Shown here: positions 1 to 8,690 of the stretch, piece by piece
How the letters are laid out: every line of letters begins with the position of its first letter
How positions within the stretch are numbered: position 1 is the stretch's first letter
Origin: Candidatus Electrothrix sp. GW3-4
Lineage (GTDB): Bacteria; Desulfobacterota; Desulfobulbia; Desulfobulbales; Desulfobulbaceae
Direction of reading: 5' to 3'
NCBI RefSeq assembly: GCF_037902255.1
Contig: NZ_CP147990.1
Span: 1 to 32,000 of the forward strand
Length of the DNA stretch: 32,000 nt
Translations under genes and position numbers: made by a program
Notes under the pieces: model-generated
Databases searched by the model: none
What the model was told of the DNA's origin: nothing
What the model saw: the letters and a program-made list of their open reading frames with translations, nothing else

Positions 1-1332
1 TTATTTTTCCAGTTTATCTTTCAGGAGTTCTACCTGCTGACGCACGGTATTTTTTTGTGCAATATCACGATTAATCACCTTGATAGCATATAAAACGGTG
101 GAGTGGTCCCGGTTATAGAGATTGCCGATGTCAGCTAAGGACTCTTCGGTGTACTTTCTGGTCAGATACATGGCGATCTGGCGGGGAAAGGAAACCACCC
201 GTTTGCGTGAGCGTGAGGTCAGCTCTTCAACAGAGATTTTGTATTGGCTGGAAATGATATCCCGAATGGTTTTGCCGTTCAGGCGGATCTGTTGCTGTAG
301 CTCACCAAATCCTTTGAGCACACTGCGGACAATATCCATATCAGGGGGGGCGTTATACACGCTTGTTTTTGCCTTAATCCCCATAAGGGCACTTTCAATA
401 CGACGAATATCACCCTGGAGCTTTTCGGCCAGAAAATGGATATGGTCATCCTGGAGGCTCAGATTGCTGTGGGCAGCCTTGTGGCGAATGATAGAAACCC
501 GGGTCTTGTACTCAGGGGCCTCAATATCGGTAATCAGACCAGAGGTCATGCGGGAGCGAAAATCTTCATCCAGTCCCTTGATATCCCGGGCCGGAATTGC
601 CGAGGTCATGATGACCCGTTTTCCTGATTTGATCAAATAATCAAGAACATTATTCAGCTCTTCCTGGGTCTTTGTCTTGCCAGCCAAGGTATGCACATCT
701 TCCACCAGCAGAAGGTCGCAGCCGTGGATGAAACGATTGGAAAACTGCTGCATACTGTTGCTCCGAATGCTTTTCACCATTTCAGCAGAAAATTGCTGAG
801 CCGTCAGGTAATGCATGCGGGTACCTGGGGCAGCATGCATTACCTGATGAACCACCGCCTGGGTAAGATGACTTTTTCCAAGCCCTGTGCCCGAGGTCAT
901 GAACAGGTTATTGCCAAAGGTGTAATCTGCGGCGGCAATGGCATTGCAGGCTGAACGGGCCAGCATATTTGATTCGCCAGTCATGAATTGATCAAAGGTA
1001 TAGGACGGGTGCAGCGATCTGATCGTGGATTTAAAGGTGTCCATTCCTGGGAGACGCAACTGACCAGAGCCGTTCTCTTCCTGCTGAGGAACAGGTGGAC
1101 GGGTGGACACTGTCAACGATACCGCAGGTGGAGCGTCTGTCATCTTACGCAGGTTTGATTCTATGAGTCCTAAGTATCGTTCTTTCACCCACGCACAGAA
1201 AAAACGATCTGGGCAGGCGATCTGTAAGGTATCGTCGTTCTCCTGAACACAGGATAGAGGCCTGATCCACAGGCTGTATTCACTTTCAGAAAGTGAGCTG
1301 GATAAAGAGTTTTTGACGGTATCCCAGAGCAT
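1..1332 (-). CDS. dnaA: Chromosomal replication initiator protein DnaA
   Basis: 443-aa ORF. AAA+ Walker A (SGTGLGKSHL) and Walker B (LLLVEDVH) motifs. C-terminal DnaA-box-binding helix-turn-helix region (NRDHSTVLYAIKVI). The window begins exactly at its stop codon. Confidence 0.95.
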   Translation of the reverse strand: MLWDTVKNSLSSSLSESEYSLWIRPLSCVQENDDTLQIACPDRFFCAWVKERYLGLIESNLRKMTDAPPAVSLTVSTRPPVPQQEENGSGQLRLPGMDTFKSTIRSLHPSYTFDQFMTGESNMLARSACNAIAAADYTFGNNLFMTSGTGLGKSHLTQAVVHQVMHAAPGTRMHYLTAQQFSAEMVKSIRSNSMQQFSNRFIHGCDLLLVEDVHTLAGKTKTQEELNNVLDYLIKSGKRVIMTSAIPARDIKGLDEDFRSRMTSGLITDIEAPEYKTRVSIIRHKAAHSNLSLQDDHIHFLAEKLQGDIRRIESALMGIKAKTSVYNAPPDMDIVRSVLKGFGELQQQIRLNGKTIRDIISSQYKISVEELTSRSRKRVVSFPRQIAMYLTRKYTEESLADIGNLYNRDHSTVLYAIKVINRDIAQKNTVRQQVELLKDKLEK

Positions 1333-1993
1333 AGATGGTTGCGTTTGAATAGAATTATTTTTTGTTGAAGAAGTTTTTTTGAATGAGATGATCCATACTT
1401 TATTGTCACCTTATCGTTACATCATTTATGTGGTGAGCGCTTTTTTAACTGAAAAGGAGTTTCTCGGTCAAAAATGATTAGGCCTGATTTTCTCACAAAC
1501 TTCAATAGAGAGAGGGAGGGGATGGATTTCACCCATGAACAGGGCCGTACAGGCGATAGAGGGCGGAACAGGGCCTAACAGCATAGTTTTTGAGATTTTT
1601 TGTATTATTATGATTTATTTCAAATTGATACGTTGAGGTGGAGAGCTGCTTTTAAAGAAATAACCTGTGGAGAAACTCCTCCATGCTCTTCGAGACTGCA
1701 CTGCTCTTTAAAAAACGCTATTTTCAGGTTACTGATTTCTCGGTTCCTTGAAACCCTCTTCTTTGCGGCCTTAGGATGGTGGTGGTCAGGAAAAAAATAA
1801 TTTTGTTCATGGAGACCGATTCTCCAAGAACTGTTATTGCAGGTGACAACCGCTTAACCTCTCTTGATGATAATGGATTTTATTTTCTTAATAAAAAAAT
1901 TGTCAACTAAAAAGGAAGATGTATGCGAGAGGTCGATGGACTACGGAGAGAAGGGAAAGGGTCTGCGGAGGAGAGGGAAGATTTGCCCCCTTC
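1333..1993. promoter_or_regulatory. dnaA upstream region; possible dnaA promoter and/or oriC segment (weakly supported)
   Basis: 660-bp non-coding gap upstream of dnaA. AT-rich block at about 1586-1630. One 8/9 match to the reverse DnaA box TGTGGATAA (TGTGGAGAA at 1666-1674). The other CACA/TGTG sites are only 6/9 matches. Confidence 0.3.
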
Positions 1994-2776
1994 CTACCCC
2001 AACACAGAAATATACCAGGACCAGACAGCGAGGATGTCTTCCTGGAAAAAAAGCCAGGACATAGCCCCTAAGGATAAAAAAGGGCCAAAGGGTATCCGGG
2101 TTTGCCCTCCCTTTTTCTGCCAAAACATAGCTGCGATGCCCACAACCGAACCGGTGAGCGAACTGAAGAAGATAACGTAGAGAAGACATTGATAGCCAAG
2201 AAAGGCTCCGATCATGGCCAATAACTTAATGTCCCCGCCTCCCATGCCGTCCCGTCCTGTGAAAAGGGCGTATCCCTTGGCGACCGCATAGAGAATTCCA
2301 CCTCCGAGGAGAATGCCGATGCCAGCCTGTTGCCAGCTGATTAAGGGGTTGAGGAAGGAGCAGGCAAAACCGACCAGGATACCGGGCAGGCTTATCTTGT
2401 CTGGAATGATTTGCAGGTGAATGTCGATGAAAATGATGACCAGCAGGGCCGCAAGGAAGAGGAAATAAAAGGGCAGGATAAGAGAGAACCCGAAGCGATG
2501 GTACAGGGCCAGTGAAAGAAGCCCCATGCAGAGTTCCACCACGGGGTACTGTAATGAGATCGGAGTCTTGCATGTCCTGCATTTGCCCCGCAGGGCGATA
2601 TAGCTGAGAATGGGGATGTTCTCATACCAGTGGAGACTGGTGCCGCATTTGGGGCAATGGGAGGCTGGAAAAACCACTGACTGCTCTTCGTCAGGCAGCC
2701 TGAGGATGACGACATTGAGGAAGGAGCCGATAAGGGCCCCGAAGATAAACGAGTAGAGAAGGAGGAGTAATTCCAT
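1994..2776 (-). CDS. pilD: Type IV prepilin peptidase / N-methyltransferase (peptidase A24)
   Basis: 260-aa polytopic membrane ORF. Paired Cys motifs CPKC...CRTC in the first cytoplasmic loop. GGGDIKLLA aspartyl-protease motif typical of PilD/A24. Confidence 0.9.
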   Translation of the reverse strand: MELLLLLYSFIFGALIGSFLNVVILRLPDEEQSVVFPASHCPKCGTSLHWYENIPILSYIALRGKCRTCKTPISLQYPVVELCMGLLSLALYHRFGFSLILPFYFLFLAALLVIIFIDIHLQIIPDKISLPGILVGFACSFLNPLISWQQAGIGILLGGGILYAVAKGYALFTGRDGMGGGDIKLLAMIGAFLGYQCLLYVIFFSSLTGSVVGIAAMFWQKKGGQTRIPFGPFLSLGAMSWLFFQEDILAVWSWYISVLG

Positions 2777-2919
2777 AGCGGTGGTAATTGCTGCTTTTCA
2801 GCTGAAGATAATGTTTCCTTGAATCAAAAAGCTGTGCCGGTTATTATAGCCGGACCGGAAGGCGGCGCGCCTTCTGTTGTGGAGCCTTTCCTTGTTAATG
2901 CTTACTTGTAGCCTTTTTC

Positions 2920-3732
2920 ATGTCTGAATTCCAGCAAAAATGCAGTATTCTCAGCCGAGACCGTTTGGCGTTTGATGTTTTTCGTCTGACGCTGCAAGCT
3001 CCGGGCATCGCTGCCACTGCCTGCCCTGGTCAGTTTGTTATGGTCCGGGTCTCTGATGGTCTTGATCCTCTGCTTCGTCGCCCTTTTTCCATCCACCGCT
3101 GTTTTGCAGATGGCAGGATCTCTTTGCTCTTCAAGGTGATCGGTAAGGGAACCGAGCTGTTGGCCCGCCGTTGTATCGGTGATCAGGTTGATCTGGTTGG
3201 CCCTTTAGGTAATGGCTTTGTAGGTAATGGCGTTGGCAACGGTTTTGAGTTTTCTGATGATCGACCGGTCTGTCTGATCGGTGGCGGGATGGGGATTGCC
3301 CCGTTGCTTTTTCTGGCCGAGCAGTTGCATAAGAGCGGGCGAGAGACGGAAAAAGACCATGTCCTGCTCGGTGCCCGTACTCAGGATGAATTGACGCCTC
3401 TGGCCGATGAGTTCTCCAACTTAGGCTATCCCGTGCAACTGGCAACCGATGACGGCAGTGTCGGCCATAAGGGCTTTATCCCGGATCTTCTCGATTTTAT
3501 CCTGCCGACAGTGGAGCAGGTCTACACCTGTGGTCCGCACCTGATGATGAAAAATGTTGTTCGTCAATGTCAGCAGGCCGAGGTGCCCTGTCAGGTTTCC
3601 CTGGAAACCCATATGGCCTGTGGTATGGGGGCCTGTCTCGGTTGTACAGTGAATGGAAAGAAGGGGTTGGTTCATGTCTGTAAACAGGGACCTGTCTTTG
3701 ATGCGGATCAACTGGAATGGAGTCTGGAATGA
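2920..3732 (+). CDS. pyrK: Dihydroorotate dehydrogenase (class 1B) electron-transfer subunit
   Basis: 270 aa. RRPFSI flavin-binding motif. GPLGNGF nucleotide-binding motif. C-terminal 2Fe-2S cysteine cluster (CGMGACLGC...VC). Its stop overlaps the pyrD start. Confidence 0.9.
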   Translation: MSEFQQKCSILSRDRLAFDVFRLTLQAPGIAATACPGQFVMVRVSDGLDPLLRRPFSIHRCFADGRISLLFKVIGKGTELLARRCIGDQVDLVGPLGNGFVGNGVGNGFEFSDDRPVCLIGGGMGIAPLLFLAEQLHKSGRETEKDHVLLGARTQDELTPLADEFSNLGYPVQLATDDGSVGHKGFIPDLLDFILPTVEQVYTCGPHLMMKNVVRQCQQAEVPCQVSLETHMACGMGACLGCTVNGKKGLVHVCKQGPVFDADQLEWSLE

Positions 3733-4697
3733 AAGAATTGCGCATGGAATCCGCTGGAAATACAGGAAGGGGCAGCACGCCTGATCTGGGAGTGCAGATC
3801 GGTCCTCTGGTCCTGCGTAATCCGGTCATGACCGCCTCAGGTACCTTTGGCTATGCCCGGGAATTTGAGAATCTGGTTGATCTTGCTCAGCTCGGCGCTA
3901 TCATTGTTAAGGGAATATCTCTGCACCCTAAACCAGGGAATCCACCGCCCAGAATCGTTGAGACGGCCTGCGGTATGCTCAATGCCATTGGCCTGGAAAA
4001 TGTCGGGGTGGATCGTTTTATCTCTGGGAAGATGCCTTATCTGTACAAGCTCTCTAGCCCGGTTGTGGTTAATATCCTTGGTGATTCGGTGGAGGAGTAC
4101 AGTGAGATTGCCCGCAGGCTGGACAGGGTGGAAGGGGTTGCTGCCCTGGAGGTGAATATCTCCTGTCCGAATGTGAAAAAAGGTGGGGTGGCCTTTGGCA
4201 CGGTGCCGGAAATGGCAGCCCGGGTGACCGAGGCGGTGCGGGGGGGCTCCAGGCTGCCTTTGATCGTCAAGCTCTCGCCCAATGTCACAGATATTGTCCT
4301 GATGGCCCGGGCGGTCGCTGATGCTGGCGCTGATGCGGTCTCCCTGATCAACACCCTGATCGGCATGGCCATTGATCCCATCAGCCGCAGCCCGAGGTTG
4401 GCCAATGTGATCGGTGGTCTCTCCGGTCCTGCGATTAAGCCGGTGGCCCTGCGCATGGTCTGGCAGGTTGCCCAGGCGATTTCCCTGCCAGTGATCGGGA
4501 TTGGTGGAATCACCACGGCCAATGATGCCCTGGAATTTCTCTTGGCCGGGGCCAGTGCGGTCCAGGTGGGCACGGCGAATTTTTATGATCCCTCGGCAGC
4601 GGGCAATATCGTGCAGGGGATAACCGCGTATCTGCAAGAGCAGGGAGAAGATCGTCTAGTTGATATCGTCGGGACCTTGCAGACAGGAATAGATTAA
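3729..4697 (+). CDS. pyrD: Dihydroorotate dehydrogenase (class 1B) catalytic subunit
   Basis: Motifs NPVMTASGTFGY, NISCPN (catalytic Cys loop), GIGGI and VQVGTA. The start is uncertain: ATG at 3717, 3729 (ATGA overlap with the pyrK stop) or 3744. Confidence 0.9.
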   Translation: MKELRMESAGNTGRGSTPDLGVQIGPLVLRNPVMTASGTFGYAREFENLVDLAQLGAIIVKGISLHPKPGNPPPRIVETACGMLNAIGLENVGVDRFISGKMPYLYKLSSPVVVNILGDSVEEYSEIARRLDRVEGVAALEVNISCPNVKKGGVAFGTVPEMAARVTEAVRGGSRLPLIVKLSPNVTDIVLMARAVADAGADAVSLINTLIGMAIDPISRSPRLANVIGGLSGPAIKPVALRMVWQVAQAISLPVIGIGGITTANDALEFLLAGASAVQVGTANFYDPSAAGNIVQGITAYLQEQGEDRLVDIVGTLQTGID

Positions 4698-5402
4698 ATG
4701 GAACGAGGAAAGATCTGCGTTTCCCTGGCCGGGGTTGATGTGGCTGCCCTGGTTGAACAGGCCCATCAGGTAGCTGGCCGGGCCGATGTCATTGAGGTAC
4801 GTCTGGACAGTATGCAGCATCCTGATGGAGCAGGCTGCTGTGCTGCCCTGGATGGGCCCCTGCTCTTCACCAACCGGGCGAGCTGGGAGGGTGGAGCCTT
4901 TGCTGGCTCAGAGGAGCAGCGGATAGAGCCGCTGTTAGAGGCTGTCCGGCAGCACGTCGCCTATGTGGATTGGGAACTGCGAGCAGACCAGACGCTCCGA
5001 AATCGCCTGCTGGCGGCCATGGCAGACCGTCCGACCCGGATGGTCCTGTCCTGGCATAATTTTACGGATACCCCGCCGCAGGCAGAGCTGGAAGCGGTGC
5101 TGGCGCAAATGATGGAGAGCGGGGCTCATATTGGACAGGCTGGCAAGATCGTCGGTAAGATCGTGACCACGGCCCATAACCCGGAAGATGCCCTGCGGGT
5201 CCTCCGGCTCCAGGGACAGGCCCAGGCAGCGGGCTTCCCCCTGAGCTGTTTCTGTATGGGGGCGCCGGGACGTATCACCCGGCTGGCCACCCTCTATCTT
5301 GGTGGCTATATGACCTATGCCTGTTTGAATGAGGTCCAGACAACGGCCCCTGGCCAGCTGTCGCTTGATCGGTTGCATAAACTTACAGCGCTTCTTGCCT
5401 GA
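4698..5402 (+). CDS. aroD: 3-dehydroquinate dehydratase, type I
   Basis: 234 aa. N-terminal ICVSLAG and EVRLD strands. SWHNF (conserved His) followed by GKIV (Schiff-base Lys region). Starts directly after the pyrD stop and precedes aroE. Confidence 0.85.
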   Translation: MERGKICVSLAGVDVAALVEQAHQVAGRADVIEVRLDSMQHPDGAGCCAALDGPLLFTNRASWEGGAFAGSEEQRIEPLLEAVRQHVAYVDWELRADQTLRNRLLAAMADRPTRMVLSWHNFTDTPPQAELEAVLAQMMESGAHIGQAGKIVGKIVTTAHNPEDALRVLRLQGQAQAAGFPLSCFCMGAPGRITRLATLYLGGYMTYACLNEVQTTAPGQLSLDRLHKLTALLA

Positions 5403-5426
5403 ACCTGCTTTTTTGAGAAAAAAATT

Positions 5427-6269
5427 ATGTCTATTGATGGAAAAACAGAGCTATACGGAATAATTGGTAACCCTGTCCGCCATTCCCTGAGCCCGGCCAT
5501 GCATAATGCTGGCTTTGCCACCCTGGGGATGAACTGGGTCTATGTGCCCATGGAGGTACAGGATATTGAGCAGGGGATGGCGGGCCTGCGGGCCCTGGGC
5601 TTTCGGGGGGTCAGTGTCACCGTGCCCCATAAGGAGGCCGTCATTCCCTTGCTTGATGAGATTGATCCGGTAGCGGAAAAGATCGGGGCGGTCAATACCC
5701 TGGTCTTTCATAGAGAAAAAGATGGTCGGGTGATCCTGCGCGGCCTGAATACCGATTGGTTAGGGGCCAATACCGCCTTGGCGGAAAAGATCAACTTGCA
5801 GCAGAGTCGGGTGTTGGTGATCGGCGCAGGTGGTTCTGCCAAAGCCGTGGGCTTTGGCCTGGTGGAGGCCGGGGCCGAGGTGATGATCGCCAACAGGACC
5901 GCAGCGAGCGGCCAGGCTCTGGCTGATTGGCTGGGTTGTGTTTTTGTTCCCCTGGACCAGGTCGCCAGCGTTGCCGCAGATGTGCTGATCAACACCACCT
6001 CAGTGGGGATGGAGCCGGATAATGAGGGGATTGTGGTGCCTCCCTCGCTGTTACCGGGCTTCTCTGTGGTCATGGATATCGTCTATGCCCCTCTGGAGAC
6101 CCGCCTGCTTCGCGAGGCCCGGTCCGCAGGCTGTCAGACCATTGATGGGCTGGCCATGCTGCTCTATCAGGGGGCGGCCCAGTTTAAGATCTGGACAGGG
6201 GGGAGGCCGCCCCAGCTTATCATGCGTTCGGCCCTGGAAGAGGAATTGCGCCGCCGGGCCGTTGCCTGA
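5427..6269 (+). CDS. aroE: Shikimate dehydrogenase
   Basis: 280 aa. Motifs GNPVRHSLSPAMHNA, VTVPHK, GAGGSAKAV (NADP-binding) and NTTSVGM. Confidence 0.9.
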   Translation: MSIDGKTELYGIIGNPVRHSLSPAMHNAGFATLGMNWVYVPMEVQDIEQGMAGLRALGFRGVSVTVPHKEAVIPLLDEIDPVAEKIGAVNTLVFHREKDGRVILRGLNTDWLGANTALAEKINLQQSRVLVIGAGGSAKAVGFGLVEAGAEVMIANRTAASGQALADWLGCVFVPLDQVASVAADVLINTTSVGMEPDNEGIVVPPSLLPGFSVVMDIVYAPLETRLLREARSAGCQTIDGLAMLLYQGAAQFKIWTGGRPPQLIMRSALEEELRRRAVA

Positions 6270-6414
6270 ATCTGTTGTCTAGGGCCGGAGGATGGTGATT
6301 ACCTCCGTCTGGACCTTTCAGGACATTTTTACTGTCCGTTCCCTCGGACGATACGAAGAGAAGAGCCCGCTGTTGCAAGGGCAGGGTTTTTAATACGAGT
6401 TGAACAAAGATATC

Positions 6415-7692
6415 ATGAGAGAAATAACTCCGGTTGCTACCTTAGATGCTATTGTCGAAGTGCCTGGTTCAAAAAGCCTGACCCAGCGGGCCCTGATCGC
6501 GGCTGCTCTGGCAGAGGGCAAATCCACCCTGCTCGGGCCGCTGGCCAGTGAAGATACGGCCTACACCATGAAGGCCCTGCGCCAGATGGGAATAGCCGTG
6601 GATGACAGCGATCCCGCAGCCTGGCTGGTGCAAGGTTCCGGGGGCAGGATTCAGGCACCGGAGGAGGATATCTTTCTTGGCAATAACGGCACCGCCACCC
6701 GCTTTCTCACCTCGGTGGCGGCCCTGGGTAAGGGCCGGTTTCGCATCACCGGTGGCGAGCGCATGGCCGAGCGGCCCATTGAACCCCTGATCCAGGCCTT
6801 ACGGGGCTGGCAGGTCCAGATCCAGAGTGAGGCCGCCAACGGCTGTCCTCCCCTGTCCATCGATGCGGACGGGCTTGCCGGGGGCAAAACGGTCCTGCCG
6901 GAAGGGAAGTCCAGTCAGTACCTCTCCTCTCTGCTGCTGGTTGCCCCCTATGCAGCAGCGCCCGCTGAGTTACAGGTGGAAGGCGAGGTCTTTTCTCAAC
7001 CCTATGTCAAGATGACCCTGGCGGTGATGGCGGATTTTGGGGTCTGGGGCGAGGTTGCTCCCCGCATGAATCATTTTTGCATTCCCAAAGGATGCTATCA
7101 GGGCACGGAGTATCGTATTGAGGGCGATGCCTCGGGCGCCTCCTATTTCTGGGCCGCTGCTGCGGTGACCGGGGGCAAGGTCACGGTGGCCAATGTGCCG
7201 GTGCCGTCCTTGCAGGGGGATGCCCAGCTTGTGCCCTTGTTGGAACGGATGGGCTGTGCCGTGGAGCGTTGCCAGGGGGGGATCACGGTGCAGGGGCCGC
7301 AACAGTTGCAGGGGATTGAGGTGGACATGGGGGATATGCCGGATGTGGCCCCGACCCTGGCGGTGGTGGCGGCCTTTGCCGAGGGAACCACGGTGATTCA
7401 TAATATCGCCCATCTGCGCATCAAGGAGTGTGATCGCCTGGCGGTTATGGTGAGCGAGCTGCGCAAGATGGGGGCGGATGTGGAAGAGGAGCTGGATCGG
7501 ATGATCATCCATGGCCAGGCTGGGGGGGGCAATCTGCACGGGGCAGAGATTGCGACCTATGAGGATCATCGCATTGCCATGTGCTTTGCCGTGGCTGGCC
7601 TGCGGGTGGCCGGGGTGCGGATCCATGGTGAGGAATGTGTGGCCAAGTCCTTTCCTGATTTTTGGGAGCGCTTTGAGGGGATGCTGAAGTAG
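6415..7692 (+). CDS. aroA: 3-phosphoshikimate 1-carboxyvinyltransferase (EPSP synthase)
   Basis: Motifs VPGSKSLTQRALIAAALAEG, LGNNGTATRF, KECDRL and DHRIAM. The ORF opens at a TTG at 6400. ATG at 6415 is the more likely start. Confidence 0.92.
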   Translation: MREITPVATLDAIVEVPGSKSLTQRALIAAALAEGKSTLLGPLASEDTAYTMKALRQMGIAVDDSDPAAWLVQGSGGRIQAPEEDIFLGNNGTATRFLTSVAALGKGRFRITGGERMAERPIEPLIQALRGWQVQIQSEAANGCPPLSIDADGLAGGKTVLPEGKSSQYLSSLLLVAPYAAAPAELQVEGEVFSQPYVKMTLAVMADFGVWGEVAPRMNHFCIPKGCYQGTEYRIEGDASGASYFWAAAAVTGGKVTVANVPVPSLQGDAQLVPLLERMGCAVERCQGGITVQGPQQLQGIEVDMGDMPDVAPTLAVVAAFAEGTTVIHNIAHLRIKECDRLAVMVSELRKMGADVEEELDRMIIHGQAGGGNLHGAEIATYEDHRIAMCFAVAGLRVAGVRIHGEECVAKSFPDFWERFEGMLK

Positions 7693-7749
7693 GGGGCGAT
7701 TTTAGATAAATTTCTTCCATGAGAGGAAAAACCTCCTCAAGGGGAGGCC

Positions 7750-7815
7750 GAAGCATACCCAAGGTATGGTTGAGGCATACCCTGGGATAGGTTCAACCAT
7801 ACCCGACGAGAGGTT
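7750..7815. repeat. Three tandem imperfect 22-nt direct repeats (core CATACCC-N3-G-N-A/G-N-GGTT)
   Basis: Read directly. gaagCATACCCaagGTATGGTT (7750-7771), gaggCATACCCtggGATAGGTT (7772-7793), caacCATACCCgacGAGAGGTT (7794-7815). The 22-nt period is not a multiple of 3 and lies in the aroA-trxA spacer. Confidence 0.8.
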
Positions 7816-8163
7816 CTGCCTCTCCCCGGAGATAAAGAACCGCTCAGAGAAAACGAAGCCCAGGCAGCAGCGGAGTTCGATCCCCAGGTCAAGTACGCCT
7901 TCGCCTTGCTGGCTGACTACTTTGGTACAGGCAAGAAAAAGGGGAAAAAGGCCTAGCGCAGCGTGCTGCGGAAGCGGGGCAGGTGCAGGTACCCAGTGTA
8001 TTGGCGTCCAGAATACCTGCCCTTGGTCAAGCCCCCTGAGAAAAGATCCTGTGAATGATTCTCCGTTGGTTGACTGAAACGCGGTTCCGTATTAATTTTA
8101 TTGTCTGTAAGAGATGTTTAACCTAACCAAACGAACAAAAAAGTTGAGAGAGGAGATTTGATT

Positions 8164-8493
8164 ATGGCAAGCGAACAGGTTCTCGCTGTGAATGACAGTG
8201 ATTTTGAGACCACCGTGGAAAAAAATGAACTGCCCTGCTTGGTGGATTTCTGGGCCCCTTGGTGTGGTCCCTGCAAGGCGATCGGTCCGGTGATTGACGA
8301 ACTGGCAGAAGAGTATGCTGGTAAGGTACAGATCGTCAAGATGAATGTGGATGAAAGCCCGGCGACTCCAGGAAAATTCGGGATCAAGGCCATCCCCACC
8401 CTAATCCTCTTTAAGAACGGAGAGGCGATTGATCGCATCACCGGTGCCGTGGGCAAGGCCCAGCTCAAGGAGCTGATCAGCAAGGCCTTATAG
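8164..8493 (+). CDS. trxA: Thioredoxin
   Basis: WCGPC active site and a thioredoxin-length protein. AGGAG at 8151-8155 lies 8 nt before ATG 8164. The ORF track opens at TTG 8158. Confidence 0.92.
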   Translation: MASEQVLAVNDSDFETTVEKNELPCLVDFWAPWCGPCKAIGPVIDELAEEYAGKVQIVKMNVDESPATPGKFGIKAIPTLILFKNGEAIDRITGAVGKAQLKELISKAL

Positions 8494-8526
8494 GTAGTTT
8501 TCCAGGCTGTTGTGGAGCGGCATGTC

Positions 8527-8556
8527 AGGGCGAACCTCTGTGTTCGCCCTTTCTCA
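8527..8556 (+). terminator. Putative intrinsic terminator after trxA
   Basis: 9-bp perfect stem AGGGCGAAC (8527-8535) / GTTCGCCCT (8542-8550). 6-nt loop. Followed by the T-rich tract TTCTCATCTC, which is interrupted. Confidence 0.5.
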
Positions 8557-8690
8557 TCTCATGCCGGGCAGATACGGCTCTTTTCACCTGGCAGCGAAAA
8601 TGAGGGGAATGCGGACCGTATTCCTGGGGAATTCCTGGGGGGAGTTCTTCCTCGTCATCCTCTTGTTCACATCTTTGCAGAAGACTTTTT

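Noticed and set aside
2858-2874. GC-rich hairpin GAAGGCG-GCG-CGCCTTC, containing an AscI site, between the divergent pilD and pyrK genes.
   Set aside because: The stem is short with a 3-nt loop. There is no T-tract and no second copy. A single 8-cutter site is not evidence of engineering in GC-rich DNA.
3837-4637. Long antisense or overlapping ORFs inside well-supported genes. Examples: 3837-4637(-), 4037-4573(-), 6970-7626(-), 8988-9770(-), 12113-12871(+), 16344-17255(-), 21721-22251(-), 27053-27751(-), 31060-31806(-).
   Set aside because: Each lies entirely within a gene that has clear family motifs on the other strand or frame. Their translations are Arg/Pro/Gly/His-rich or low-complexity with no recognisable motifs. 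This is the usual shadow-ORF behaviour.
7774-7956. Open frame ending in the protein-like sequence ...EFDPQVKYAFALLADYFGTGKKKGKKA.
   Set aside because: No ATG, GTG or early TTG start follows the upstream TGA, and there is no RBS. It cannot be called a CDS from sequence alone. It is kept only as a possible remnant in the findings.
7766-8077. 103-aa ORF in the aroA-trxA spacer.
   Set aside because: The translation (rich in S, P, R, C and G) has no recognisable motif. It reads through the 22-nt tandem repeats, whose period is not a multiple of 3. There is no RBS. I treat it as non-coding.
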